A DNA stretch of 64,000 nt from the NCBI RefSeq assembly GCF_036588685.1, contig NC_086379.1, forward strand, positions 59,334,001 through 59,398,000. The letters are read 5' to 3'. Source of the stretch: Mytilus trossulus. Lineage: Eukaryota. The position numbers and the translations under genes were made by a program. Shown one piece after another: positions 22,301 through 34,700 of the stretch. Position 1 is the first letter of the stretch, and each line of letters opens with the position of its first letter. The notes under the pieces are model-generated. The model had not been told where the DNA came from and made no database searches. It worked only from the letters and a program-made list of their open reading frames with translations.

Positions 22301-25300
22301 TCATCACAGCAAAAAAGATGAAACCAAATACTCAACTATTAATAATTCTACTCTTGGAAATAAAATTTTGATTAAAAAAGGATATCTTTCAATGAGTTCA
22401 GAAATAGCAGGAAATTCTGCCAATTTCTTCCCTTCTGCATCTTCTGTGTACAAACTCTCAAACAAGCTGTCACTATCCATGTTCTCAACATAAGCAATCT
22501 GAAATATACAAATATTATGCTTTACTTATGCCCCTGACTATATTAAGTAACTTAGTTAGTGATTGTAATCCCACAAATACCGGTACCTGTTAATCATTAT
22601 ACATGTAATATCATATAATTGTATGGGCATCTGAAAATCTATATTTTTTCATTTATCTGTATAAATAAATTATTATTATTTTAACATGAATTCAAGCATC
22701 TCATAAATCCATGAAATCTTCCATTGTAAATAAAATTCAAAACAGATAAAGTCTATTAAAAAATATTACAGAGCTTAGTTGTGCTAATGACTATAACATG
22801 AAACAAGCACCAACAAGAACTTCGTTGTGCCTGTTTTTCTGAAAAGTGATACATGTACAAAATTCTATATTTCTCAAAATGCTTAAATTGAAAGAAAAAT
22901 CAAGTCAATCGATAAACAAGAATGTGTCCATATTACTTAAATGCCCCACTCACACTATCACTTTCTATGTTCAGTGGTTTGGGCTGTGAAATTGGGGTCA
23001 AAACTCTTATTTGGCATTAAAATTAGAAAGATCATATCATAGGGAACATGTGAAAAGTTTCGAGTTCATTAAAAACTACCTTGACAGATGGACAATCAGA
23101 TGGACAGACTGAAAACATATTGCCTAGGTGGGGTATAAAAAGAAAAAAAAGAAAAAATATTATCTGAATAAAGGAGAAATATTTGTTTGTATGTTACCTT
23201 ATGTAATTCCACCTCTATCTTTCTCTTGTTATCTTCTTCTACTATAGCATTAGCCTGTTTCTCATTGTGTAACATTTCTTCTCTTGGAATCATATATTTC
23301 TCAATGGCAGCCTCTCTCTGAACATACAAAAAATAATAATAGTTAATATCATGCATTGAATACACTTTCTTTCACAATAGTAAATCTTGATTACAAAATT
23401 GAAAAAAACAGAAACTTAATTCAATAATCAAAATTATTAAATGAAAATAAACAATTAATCACTTAGTACATTTCATTTTTGTTCAAGTTTAATTGTTAAA
23501 CAGGTTCAAAGACTCAAATCGCAGTCTTGCACAGAATGAATGTAAAATTATGGAAAAAGGTCTATAATGAACAGTACAATTGAGAAAAAAAAACCAATTA
23601 AATCCATTAAATAAGACTAACAACTTCTATACATGTGTCATCTTTGTATAATTTTGTAAGGATCTGGATTGAGATCAGAAGGAGGAGTCGATTATACAGA
23701 GTAGATACCACTTTTCCCCAATCCACCACCACACTTTACCATTAAAAGTTGAAAATTCCCTTTTTACTTCAGTCTAAAAGTTGATTTTTTTTCATCAAAG
23801 GATTAAACTTACCGCTTGTTGATGAACCAATTTATAATCCAGAAATCCTATGTCTGAAAGAAATGCTATCACATATTGTTTATAAGTGTCCTCTTCACAA
23901 AATGGATTCCCTTTCAGTGTTAATGTTTTAAGTTTCTTAAATTTCCTTAAATATATAACCTGAAAATAAAATAAAACTTGTTCAAGAAAACATAAGATCA
24001 TTGAAAACCATGGAAATTTCATTGTCAGAAAGTCACATGTTAATGTATAAGCCAAGCTTTCAAAATATTAACTGATTGCCCCTACTATAGTCTTTAAAGT
24101 TTTAAAGATTATCCAATACTTATAGATTCTGGGTTTTGCATTTCCTTCAAGTTTGGAAAAAATGCAATTAATTGGCTTACAGTTACGATTTAGATTAGTT
24201 TTATTAAAGTAAAATTAAGAGTCAAAGCTACAAATTTTGACAGTGCTAGAATAATACATTGTATGATATGATATCATGCACTGTCAAAATTTGTTGATGT
24301 TTGTTTCATGTTACAGAAATTTGCACAACTAAGCTCTGTAATATTGTTTATTAGACTTAATCTGTTTTGAATTGATATCATATGTGCAGGTCCCTGCTCC
24401 ACAAAAAAAAAACCTAAATAAATTATAGTGTCAGTCAAAATTTATGTCATTATCAACACAGCAGTATTGACTAATAAATATCAAACTTGTAGTAAACTTA
24501 CAATATACAGAAAAATCACCAAGACAGAGTGGCAAAGCAAAATGCTGAGTTGCATTGCTATCAATTTTCCCACTTACTTCTGTTTAAACATAACAATTGA
24601 GGGCATGTGTAATATTAGGAAAAGTAATCAAGGGAAATAACTACATATGACATTTCATTTCTTTAATAGTTATTTGAAAAAAGGTTATTTGGCTGTCAAA
24701 CTTAGACACTGTAGACACTTTTCATCAATGTACTGAGGAATAAATGTTAATTTCATTTATACTTACAATTAGAGTCATATAATTATCCTCTCAAAATGGA
24801 AAGATTATTTAAAGGAAAATAACTTCATTATTTCTTAAACCAAATACAATGCTGATACTTACATTTTCTAAATCTTTCAGGATATTGTTTCCAATGGAGA
24901 ACACCTGTAAATTTACTAAATTATCCATATTTTCTATCTTTGATATTCTGTTACTGTATAAAGTAAGGTCTTCTAATTTAGTCAGATGACCCAATCCTTC
25001 TATTACTTCTATGTTGTTAAAAGACAAATCTGAAAAAAAAAAATTTGCTGTTAAAATTTAAAGTTAATAGTTATCTCCCCTTATACATAACAAGATTATA
25101 AATATATATGAACAATAGTTTAATTTCTATTGAATAAAAGTCATATTTCATTTTTAGAAGGGGGTCAATAATGATGCATGATAATGATTGACTTTTAAAT
25201 GTATCTTTTAAATCAAATAATTTAAGTAAGTTAGTTACTTTGTTCTTTAAAGAATTTGTGTTAATGAGCTGATCTCTGAAATACTGTATTCAGAAGTCAT

Positions 25301-26349
25301 CTAGACAATTTGTCATATGGTACAGAAACATGACAATTCAATTGTGCAACAGGCCATTATAATTTGTGGTTTATCAATGTTTCTGGTTGCAATCTCAGTT
25401 CTCTATACCCACATATGTTACTTCGTATTTTTCTAATCATGATAATTCTGTATTGAAAACACCTTCAGTGATTAACAAACTTAAATACTTACCCAACCAA
25501 ATAAGATTTACAAGTGAGTCCAGTCCTTCTATTTTTTCTATGATATTGTTGTCCAACTGTAATTTTGTTAAAGCTGTAAATTCCCATAAGTTGTCAATTG
25601 TTAGAACATCTGGAAACATAAAAAAAAAAGGGACATTAGATAACTATTTCTTGTCACATAATATGAAAGAACAAAAGCAAAACAACAGATTAGACATATA
25701 CAAAATGTATATATTAAATGACTGTACAAATAGTACAATGTACATGTATATGCAACAAAATAAAAGGGTAAATCTCTCAAAGATAATTTCTATTCTAAAT
25801 AACTATACAATTATTGAGAAAAGTCAAAGAATTCACTTTAACAAATGAATTTTGATCGATAAGTTCAGTTTTTGCCAGAAGTGTACAACTTAAAAAAAAC
25901 AATTTTTCTAAATGGAAAAAATACTCTATAAAATTCTTACCATAAAATACTAAAACAACCGAGAGATGACAACCCACAAGATACAATGTAGCAAAAGAAC
26001 ATTGGAATTTATTCATGTATATTTTTGTACAAATAAAAATATACATGTACTCGTATATGAAAATCTAATATTCTCCCACATTTTCATTTATATTCTCTTA
26101 TAATTCAGATAGGACTATTAACATACATGTATCATCTTGATCAAACACAGCTTAATTATCTGTTTACTTACTTTTGAAGTCTAATCTCAAGGATGTTACA
26201 TCACCAAAGTCTATTCCTTCAGCTTTGGCTATTTTACCAGCTTCTTCTTTGGGACCTTGTTCTTCAACAGCAGATCTGAGTAAATCTTCATCGATAACTG
26301 TTGGTTCTAAGTTATCGTACATACGAGACATAGAATTTACAGTACTCAT
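19370..26349 (-). CDS. DRC3: Dynein regulatory complex subunit 3 (LRRC48), about 531 aa
   Basis: Exons 26349-26172, 25609-25493, 25029-24863, 23959-23813, 23317-23198, 22498-22386, 22012-21838, 21442-21311, 20657-20463 and 19621-19370 splice in frame. N-terminus EPTVIDEDLL...EEAGKIAKAEGIDF..V.SLRLDF; SDS22-type LRRs (LQLDNNIIEKIEGL, LSFNNIEVIEGL); LRRcap GNPFC; coiled-coil C-terminus. Confidence 0.94.
22013..22385 (-). other. U12-type (minor spliceosome) AT-AC intron in DRC3
   Basis: Minus-strand donor ATATCCTTT (22385 downward), branch point TTCCTTAAC (22030-22022), acceptor AC at 22014-22013; splicing gives ELIE-S-FREKF in frame. Confidence 0.92.
22915..23140 (-). mobile_element. Short HINE-like element (same family as 49121-49335)
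   Basis: Reverse complement of the TTTTATGCCCCACCTA...CATTCTTGTT element at 49121-49335, with a GTCC-like microsatellite. Confidence 0.6.
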
Positions 26350-26753
26350 TTTTGCTGCTTTATTGATGGATCTGAAATTATAAAGACCACAATATTTTAA
26401 TACAAATGAAAAGAAACTAAAAGAAGATGATTGCCTTATTTTCAATTAATTATATTTGTGTTATTAAAAGTCTTAAAGCTATGAAAATTTAAAACAAATT
26501 ACATAGGTCAAGTTCTTGTTTTGTTATCAAAATGGTAATACTATATAAAAAAACTGATTCAAATATTAAGTTTTATGACAAACTAAATGTACATGTACAT
26601 TGATTATTAATCTGAAGGAACTCATGCATGCTGTTAAAAAATGAAAAAGGTCATGATATTATGCTAAATTCTATTGACTCTGAGCCACACTAACTTCAAA
26701 TTACAAAATATTACAAGTCTTGGCAGAATTTTGTATCCATTGACATTAACACA

Positions 26754-26919
26754 ATACACCTTATCGCTATTTGTCCGCCATTACTGGATATCACAAAGAT
26801 TCCCCTAAAATATTGACGTCATAAAACAAAATTTCGGATGACACAATGGAAAAGTAATGGTTGTATGTGTCAAAAGTTCAAGCAGCAGGGTCAGCCGGGA
26901 TAAGTGATATAAGGTGTAT
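26754..26919. mobile_element. MITE, TACACCTTATCGCTA family
   Basis: TIR TACACCTTATCGCTA...GATATAAGGTGTA; carries TGACGTCA at 26814-26821. Confidence 0.72.
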
Positions 26920-26924
26920 ACTGC

Positions 26925-27590
26925 AAATCCCGGTCCGTTCGCTCTGATTGATGTTTGCCCAGGGTCCTGATTTTTATTTATTTTTTCTAATTGTTGTCTA
27001 GTTACATTATTTTAAGTATTTGAACATAATATGTTAAAGTTTGTTGAAAAATTGACAGAATATTTATATTGCCGCAATCAATTTATTATTTTCTCTTTGA
27101 TTTGCAGAGTTGAATACTGGAATACAATGTCTTTATCTTTATTGACATTTGTTTACAAAATAATTGTATTCAGTCAATCACGAATGTATGCAGTATGACT
27201 AGGCTTAGAGTTTAAATAAATGAACTTGTAAATCCGTTTCAAAATTAACAGTTCGTACATCATTGTTTTAATTAATTTCAAGCTGAATATTTTATCAAAA
27301 CAAAATGTTTGTTTTTATTATTTATCCATCAAAAGACAAGTATCACAATAATCAGTCATCCAAATTATTTGTCATTTAACAATTAATGATCCTAAACAAG
27401 CAATATACTTTTTAATTTTTCAATGTTTCCATAAATTTAAAGAATATACATGATATATATACGATAGAAATATCTGAATAAGTTTATTCAACGTCAATGC
27501 TCGAATATTCATATTTTTAAAGCAGGGCGAACAGACTCTATTGGCCAACATCTCAGAGCGAACGGACCTAGGGCAAACGGTCCCAATACC
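26925..27590. mobile_element. Mutator-like non-autonomous DNA transposon, copy 2 (DRC3 5' intron)
   Basis: Homologous to 7801-8551; 9-bp TSD GTATACTGC at 26916-26924 and 27591-27599. Confidence 0.8.
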
Positions 27591-27761
27591 GTATACTGCG
27601 ACCCTATCTTGATCCATTTAATGTTAAAGGGCATTACAGAATACAGCATACAGCGTCAATTTTTCATAGAAAAAGGGTATGGTGACTGAAAAAGAGGCAT
27701 GGTGTCATGCCATAATTTATTGCTTAATATAAAACACTAGAAGCAATGAAGCAGTGCATAC

Positions 27762-27900
27762 ATACACCTTATCGCTATTTATCCGCCATTGCTGGACTTC
27801 ACACAGGTTCCCGTAAAATGTTTGACGCCACAATGGAAAAGTGATTGTTGTTGAAAAGTTCAAGCGGCTGGGTCAGCCGGGATTAGCGATAAGGTGTATA
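27762..27900. mobile_element. MITE, TACACCTTATCGCTA family (degenerate further copy follows to about 28050)
   Basis: TIR ATACACCTTATCGCTA...TAGCGATAAGGTGTAT. Confidence 0.75.
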
Positions 27901-28435
27901 GACGTATTTACACTTGTATGCAAATTTGTCCGCCATTACATAACATCACACATGTTCCCGTAAACTTTGACTTCATAATTCAAAACATATGACGTCACAA
28001 CTAAAAAGTGATTGTTGCTTGACGTCAAAAGGTTATTTGGAGGTGATGTAAGGTCATTTGGAGGCAAGATACAGCTAAATACCAAAAGTGTAAATACGTT
28101 TATTGTGTACAATGTACATCAAATAGCCAAATTTAGATATCATAACGAGCTTGTCTGGCCAAACAAAAAACACCCCTTGACATCAAAGTTATCTCTGACA
28201 AAAATAGATGGATAGATGATAAAAGATTTCTTCTCTCTATAGATTGTAAAACACAAAACTACAGTATAGTGCAAATTGTGGTTGTACGAGATAGAAATTA
28301 TAAATATATTGTCATTGATTATTTTGGTAGTGTTGAGTGCTTGTTTTTTTGTTTTAAATGTTAGTAAATGCGTGTGGCAATTGTTAATTATTAAAACCAA
28401 ATCATCCATTGTGTTTTATTGAAGATGACATTAAC

Positions 28436-28736
28436 CTTTTGAGTAGAAACGACTGTAAATTCAATGATTTATCACATTTGTCGATTTGAAAGCTTCAAAT
28501 TTTGTGGGAAATGGCGTCCTGTTTCTATGTCGACTGCTATTTCCGGTTTACAAAATACTTCCGTTCCATTAAAATTTGTATTTTTATATGATTTTTGAAT
28601 ATGAGGGAAAAACAAGCATTTTGTAATTTGAAAGATAAATTATTATTTTAAAGTATTGATCGAAATTTAATGCCAGTCACAAGACTATTCTATAAATAGA
28701 TCAAACAAATGACGTCACGCAATATTTACAAAAAAA
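28436..28736. promoter_or_regulatory. Putative bidirectional promoter DRC3/TOM1L2 with probable DRC3 non-coding first exon
   Basis: DRC3 ATG exon has a splice acceptor at 26372-26373; candidate minus-strand donor at 28435-28434; YY1-like AAATGGCG near 28509; X-box-like GTTTCTATGTCGAC 28521-28534; ETS-like TTCCGG and ACTTCCG; CRE TGACGTCA 28710-28717. Confidence 0.6.
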
Positions 28737-31700
28737 ATGGCTGCCCTCTTTGGACATGGGAATCCTCTGGCTACACCTGTAGGCCAGATGATTGGTAAGA
28801 GCTAATAGTGAGAAGAAAAACAGCTCATAATTAAAATGAGACATAATATACACTCCCTTTCATAACAACAAAACACAATGTCAATCAAATTTTAGAGAGA
28901 AAGGTAGAAAATAGAATGAAAAAGTCTGAATAAAAAAGAGACCATAAAATATATTTCAGACATTAATTAGTCAATACCCAAGTCCTTGAACACCTTTTTG
29001 CTCTAAACATTTTTTCTCAGATAAGTGAACATATTTGAAAATACTGTCATTAATGCACTTTCATTCCTGACTTCATTTCCAAACCTAACTTCCTTTCATG
29101 TTTGTAAAGATGGGGAGGGGTGACTGTTTGGCTTTCTCTATATATGTTTCACTATGTATGTATCTAAAGGTAAATCCCTCTGTTATCCGAAGAACCCCTC
29201 GAAAGCTGTGAGGGTACAGTGGCATCCATGTACACTCTTTATCGGGCTTAATGAATAACGTATTACAACTATTTTTTACAAGGACAATCAATCCCCACCA
29301 AACACAAGGGAGGGCTAGAACATAGGGAAGTCTGTTACTATTGTGAAGGTAGCCAAAATACCTTACCTGGAAGAAAAAGAAGAAACAGACAAACAAGAGA
29401 GATATACCAACCGAGGCCCCCAAAGTACCCATTCTAGTTAAACTCCAGTCTGGGTAACAGAGAAATATGTGGGAGGGTGAAAATCACCCTTGAGATGTAC
29501 AATGTACTAAAATTTTAAGGGCCCTTAGTCAAAATCGAACCCGGGATGTTAGCACTGTAGCCATTGGTCTTAACCACTAGACCATGAACCCACACTATTT
29601 CAAAATCAGCATAATATGATCCAATCTATCGAAATATTTTAAATTTTGATGTTAAGAAAAATCACTTGCATTGTGACGTCAGAAATTTTCTGGAATTAAA
29701 GTGTGTCTGTGCACATACACTAGACATTCAATAATCCCATTGTCATGATTGTCAATAGACTGACTAGTGCCTGTGGTCTGTGCTATCCAATAAAGATGTA
29801 CACGTATCTTTCATGTGATTAATGATTACAGATGTATTTATGTAACCACACAAATGCTTGTCTCTTCAATATTACCATTGAGCAAAAAATTAATTTCGTT
29901 TGAACATAATAATGTTGCATTGGTTATGTTTAAAGAGGTTTAAACTGTTGCAAGATACGCTAATAAATTTGATAATAACTTAATCAGCACTCAAGGTGAC
30001 TTCATTGAAGTTGCAAAATGTCAACAATAGAAAAGAACTTAAGTAAGATTGTCGTTATCTTGCAACAAACTCAACAATTTTCATGAATATAATTTAGTGC
30101 CAAGTAGTTGTAACTTTATCTTGTACATGAATATAAAGAAATTAAATGCATAACATGAATTTAACACCAGTACTTGTCTCTACAATTTCAATTTTTAACT
30201 TCATCCACATGATGATATACATGTAGACAATGCAAAAAAAAAGTCAGTTTCTTGAATTCTGGTGTTTCCCTTGATAAACTAAGGTCTGGATAGTTTTAGT
30301 AGTTTATCTTCAGTAATCACTAGCCTTTCAACACTGATTTGTTTGTAACTAAAAACTCTGCATTGTCTCCACTCTCCAGCTTTCTTCACCATTAACAAGT
30401 GACTGCCAAGCCAATAATGCTTTAAGATGTGTAAAACACCAATAATTAATCAAACCTTTTACAAATTACCATAGTAGACCAATTATTCAATCACCTATTG
30501 TATTCTTAAATGCATTTATTCCTGAGCAAACTTTTAGGAGAAAGGGGTAGATTTATTTTCTCCTCCTAATGAGAGAGTACAGAGTAGTACGTACACAGTG
30601 ATCTTTTTAATTTTAATTGACTTGTGGTACAAACAAATACAAATAAAAACAGTTCTACTCTGAGTCTAATTCATGTTTGGATTGGGTTGTCAGAGTTGTT
30701 TCCAGATTTGACTTCCTACATTATACTGAATCAATTTGTGAAATAATTTTACAAGTTACCAATCCTAGAACTTGCTCTTTTTCCTTGAAATTGTCCGTCA
30801 TTGCACCCTATGATCCTCTTTGCACAACAATTATGATGCAATGACATGGAATTTTAAACATGAGACTCAAAAGAACTTGATGAAATATTTAAAGGTAAAT
30901 AAAATGTATGTTTTGATGTTTGATTCTCTTTTTTTTCAGAAAAAAGCACTGATGGTTCACAAGCTTCAGAAAACTGGGGATTGTTTATGGAAATCTGTGA
31001 TGTAATTAATGATACAGATGAAGGGTAAGATACATGTTTCTCTAATTTTTGTGCTATTTTCAAATTTCCTGACCGGTGTGAGAAAAAAATATTTCTCCTC
31101 ACTAGTGAAAAATCTGTTCTCGGCAAATGATTAGTCAAAATTTGATCATATGACGTCAAAATGTTTTGTTTTCTTCTCAATTTTCCTATTGTGGTGTCAT
31201 GAAAAAAGGTGACCTTGCCTGATGATGTTGCATGTAAAGGGCATGATTTTCTGAAAATCTTTGAAAAACAAATGATAAAAAGCATTAGAGAAACAGATTC
31301 CAACACTATAACTCATATTACGATATTTCTCCACTCTCCACAGTTAAATTTTAACTCGCGCTTTTAATAATAAAATTTAACTGTCTCGAGTGGGAAATAT
31401 CGTAATATACTTGTTGCAGTGTAAGAATCTATATATATAGTCAACAAGACATTGATAAGTTTGTTTATGGCCTCTATTTTAATGTGAAGATACATGTATA
31501 TAGTCATAAAGTCATTGATAAGTTTGATTATGGCCTCTGTTTTAATGTGTTTTGATGTCAAAACAAGTCTGGAAATATAACAGGCTGTCGTGATAAGGAC
31601 GGTCAGCCAGTAGAATGAGTGAATGTCTAATATATCAGGTGCATGAAATTTTTTAATAGAAGTTGTCAGATGTTTTAACATTGGCTATAATAAAATATTT

Positions 31701-34700
31701 CACTATACTACATGACTACATATAGTGACAATGATATGTTCTGGTTGGAAAATTTACATATTGTAATGTATAAAAACATGTTTATTTTTTTTATTTTTCA
31801 AGTCTTTTTAACTGTACCATCCCTATCACAATAATGCTCTCACAGAAGTAATTCTCCAGTAAATATGAAAAAAGAAGATGTGGTATGATTGCATCTCTTC
31901 ACAAGAGACCAAATGACACAGAAATAAACATCTTGAGATTACACCTCAGCCTTCATTCATGAGCAAATCCAATACCATTTACTCAGCTATTAAAGGCCCT
32001 AAACATGACAAGTGTAAAACACCGACCGTGCAAGGGCTGTATAGCCAGTCAAGGTCGTTAAAAACTTCCATTTGTTGTAGTGTAAAACAATTCAAACGGA
32101 GAAAACTAATGGCCTAATTTATGTACAAAATAATGAATGAAAAACATATATGTAACACAGCATGCGCTACAAACCACAAACAATAAATTACTGGCTTTTG
32201 GCTTTGGACAGGCACATCCAGAATGCACGATTTAACAGGTAATGCTTAATATGATTTGAATAGTGTGATTGGTAAAGATTCCCGTTTTAATGCAACAGTC
32301 TGTAGGTCTTACTCTTGCCACTGAAGAACAACAATTCCTACTAGAGGTCATCCTAAATTTTATCTCATGTAACTTTGATGCTTATTTATGAAGAATTTAG
32401 ATTTATATAAATTATAAATGTTCTTTTGTATATTTTACAGACCAAAAGATGCTATTAAAGCAATTAAGAAAAGATTGTCACAAAATATGGGAAAGAATCA
32501 CACTGCAGTTATGTACACTTTGACAGTAAGTTTCTAGACTCCTGCTTTTTTAAAGTGTTGTACAATGTATGTTAAGAGTTCAAACATGTGACATAGAAAA
32601 ACTTGGCTTATTTGATCTTTATTTTACCTAGATGACATTTAAAGATGATTAAGATATAATTTAATTTGTATTGACATAAAATGTACATGCATTACAAAAA
32701 CAACATGAAATTTCCTATGAAAGTAAATAAACTTGGATATTCCTAAAAATATTCAAACTTCATTATGAAAATATATTCATAGAAAAAAACTAAGTATATC
32801 AGTGTAGGACACAGCCGGTCACCTGGTCGCCAAATGCGACCAAAACCTTGATTGGGCGATTAAAAACTGTAAAAAGATAGATAGTTACTGACCCAAAAAT
32901 AAATCATTGGGCGAGTGCATTATTATTCTCAAAATCGTAATTACTCCTATATAACACACCCCAACTTCGGAACAATCATTTTCGGAAATCCTCTGATCAA
33001 ATCGTTTAAACGTACTAGTTGAGGAGGTATTCCATAATTGGAAGGATATACATATAGAAGAAGAATAAGTGCAGTAGAATATTAACATGGCGAATGACAA
33101 ACACGTCGTGCGTGATATTGCTTATTTAGTGGGTCAAATAAGGCTTTACTGGCAATGGTGGTCGCTAAACAAATTGTGTTTAATAAAAGATAACGACAGT
33201 CATTGACAGTCAAATCTCGTCTGACGCACTATCCCAAACACGAACACAGGAATTATGAAAAAACTCCAAACACGGATACAACTGAGAAGCTGTCAAAACA
33301 CTGGTATATGGTGTATCCATCAGTGATACACACTCAGTACATGTATAGCATAAAACACTAAAAGCAAAGGGAAAGTGTGTAGTTGCTGTTTATGATCTCA
33401 GAGTTTGAAAATGAATATTTTCAAAAAATAAAACTTGATCATCAAGAAAAAAATTCTTTCTGATGAAGCCCAATTAAATTGATATTGCAACCAGTCAGAC
33501 CCAACAAATAATTTTTAAGACAGTAGTGACTTTGGTATATCATTGAAATGGTTATTTTATAAATCAAATGTTATCAAAACTTTAAATAGATTGTTGAGGA
33601 ATAGATATTTTAGCTAATTTTTTAAAAACCTTAAGGAATTTTGAGTCTTTAATACGCTTTAGATTTGTACTTTTTTGCACTTTTAAAAAAAAAGATGTAG
33701 TATTATTGCCAATGAGACAACTATCCACAAAAGACCAAAATGACACGAACATTAACAACTATAGGTCACTGTACAGCCTTCAACAATGACCAAAGCCCAT
33801 ACCGCATAGTCAGCTATAAAAGGCCCAGATAAGACAATGTAAAACAATTCTAACAAGAAAACTAACAGCCTTATTATTATGTAAATCTGTTTTAGTTGTA
33901 CCTAATGTTTATTATTTCTTTGTATATTTAGTGTTTGGAGACATGTGTGAAGAATTGTGGTAAAAAATTCCATCAGCAAGTAGCTACAAAAGATTTTATG
34001 GGTGACTTAGTCAAAATTATAGGTCCTAAGTATGACCCACCAACAGTTCTTCAAGAAAAAGTGTTAAGTTCTATACAGGTAAATATAGTCTTATATATAT
34101 ATTTTATTTTTATATATAATCTACAGTAAATCAATACATTCTACATACCTGCTGCTCACCATATAGTTTCTGGATAAGTTGGGATAATTATACCCCCGCT
34201 TTAAAAAAGGGGGGTATACTGTTTTACCTCTGTCTGTCTGTCAGTCCGTCCATCAGTCCGTCCGTCCATCAGTCAGTCCGTCCCATGAAACTTTCGTCAC
34301 ATTTTTCTCAGGAACTAAAATACAAGGATTTCTGAAATTTGGTTTCAGGGTTTATCTAAGTCAGCTATACCGTGTGATGCGTTTTCAGATTGATCACTTG
34401 ACAACTTCCTGTTTACCGAACACTTGTATGATTTTACACATGATAGCCAAGTTGAAAATTTTCATCACATTTTTCTCAGGAACTACAATACAAGGATTTT
34501 TGAAATTTGGTTTCAGGGTTTATCTAAGTCACCTATACCGTGTGATGCATTTTCAGTTTGATCACTTGACAACTTCCTGTTTACCGAACACTTGTATGAT
34601 TTTTCACATGATAGCCAAGTTGAAAATTTTCGTCACATTTTTCTCAGGAACTAAAATACAAGGATTTTTGAAATTTGGTTTCAGGATTTATATAAGTCAG

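Noticed and set aside
29520-29590. Functional tRNA gene
   Set aside because: A and B boxes are present, but the acceptor and anticodon stems do not pair properly; better explained as a SINE head.
31316-31409. About 38-bp-arm hairpin as a pre-miRNA
   Set aside because: It adjoins repeat-like sequence and looks like juxtaposed transposon TIRs; no supporting evidence.
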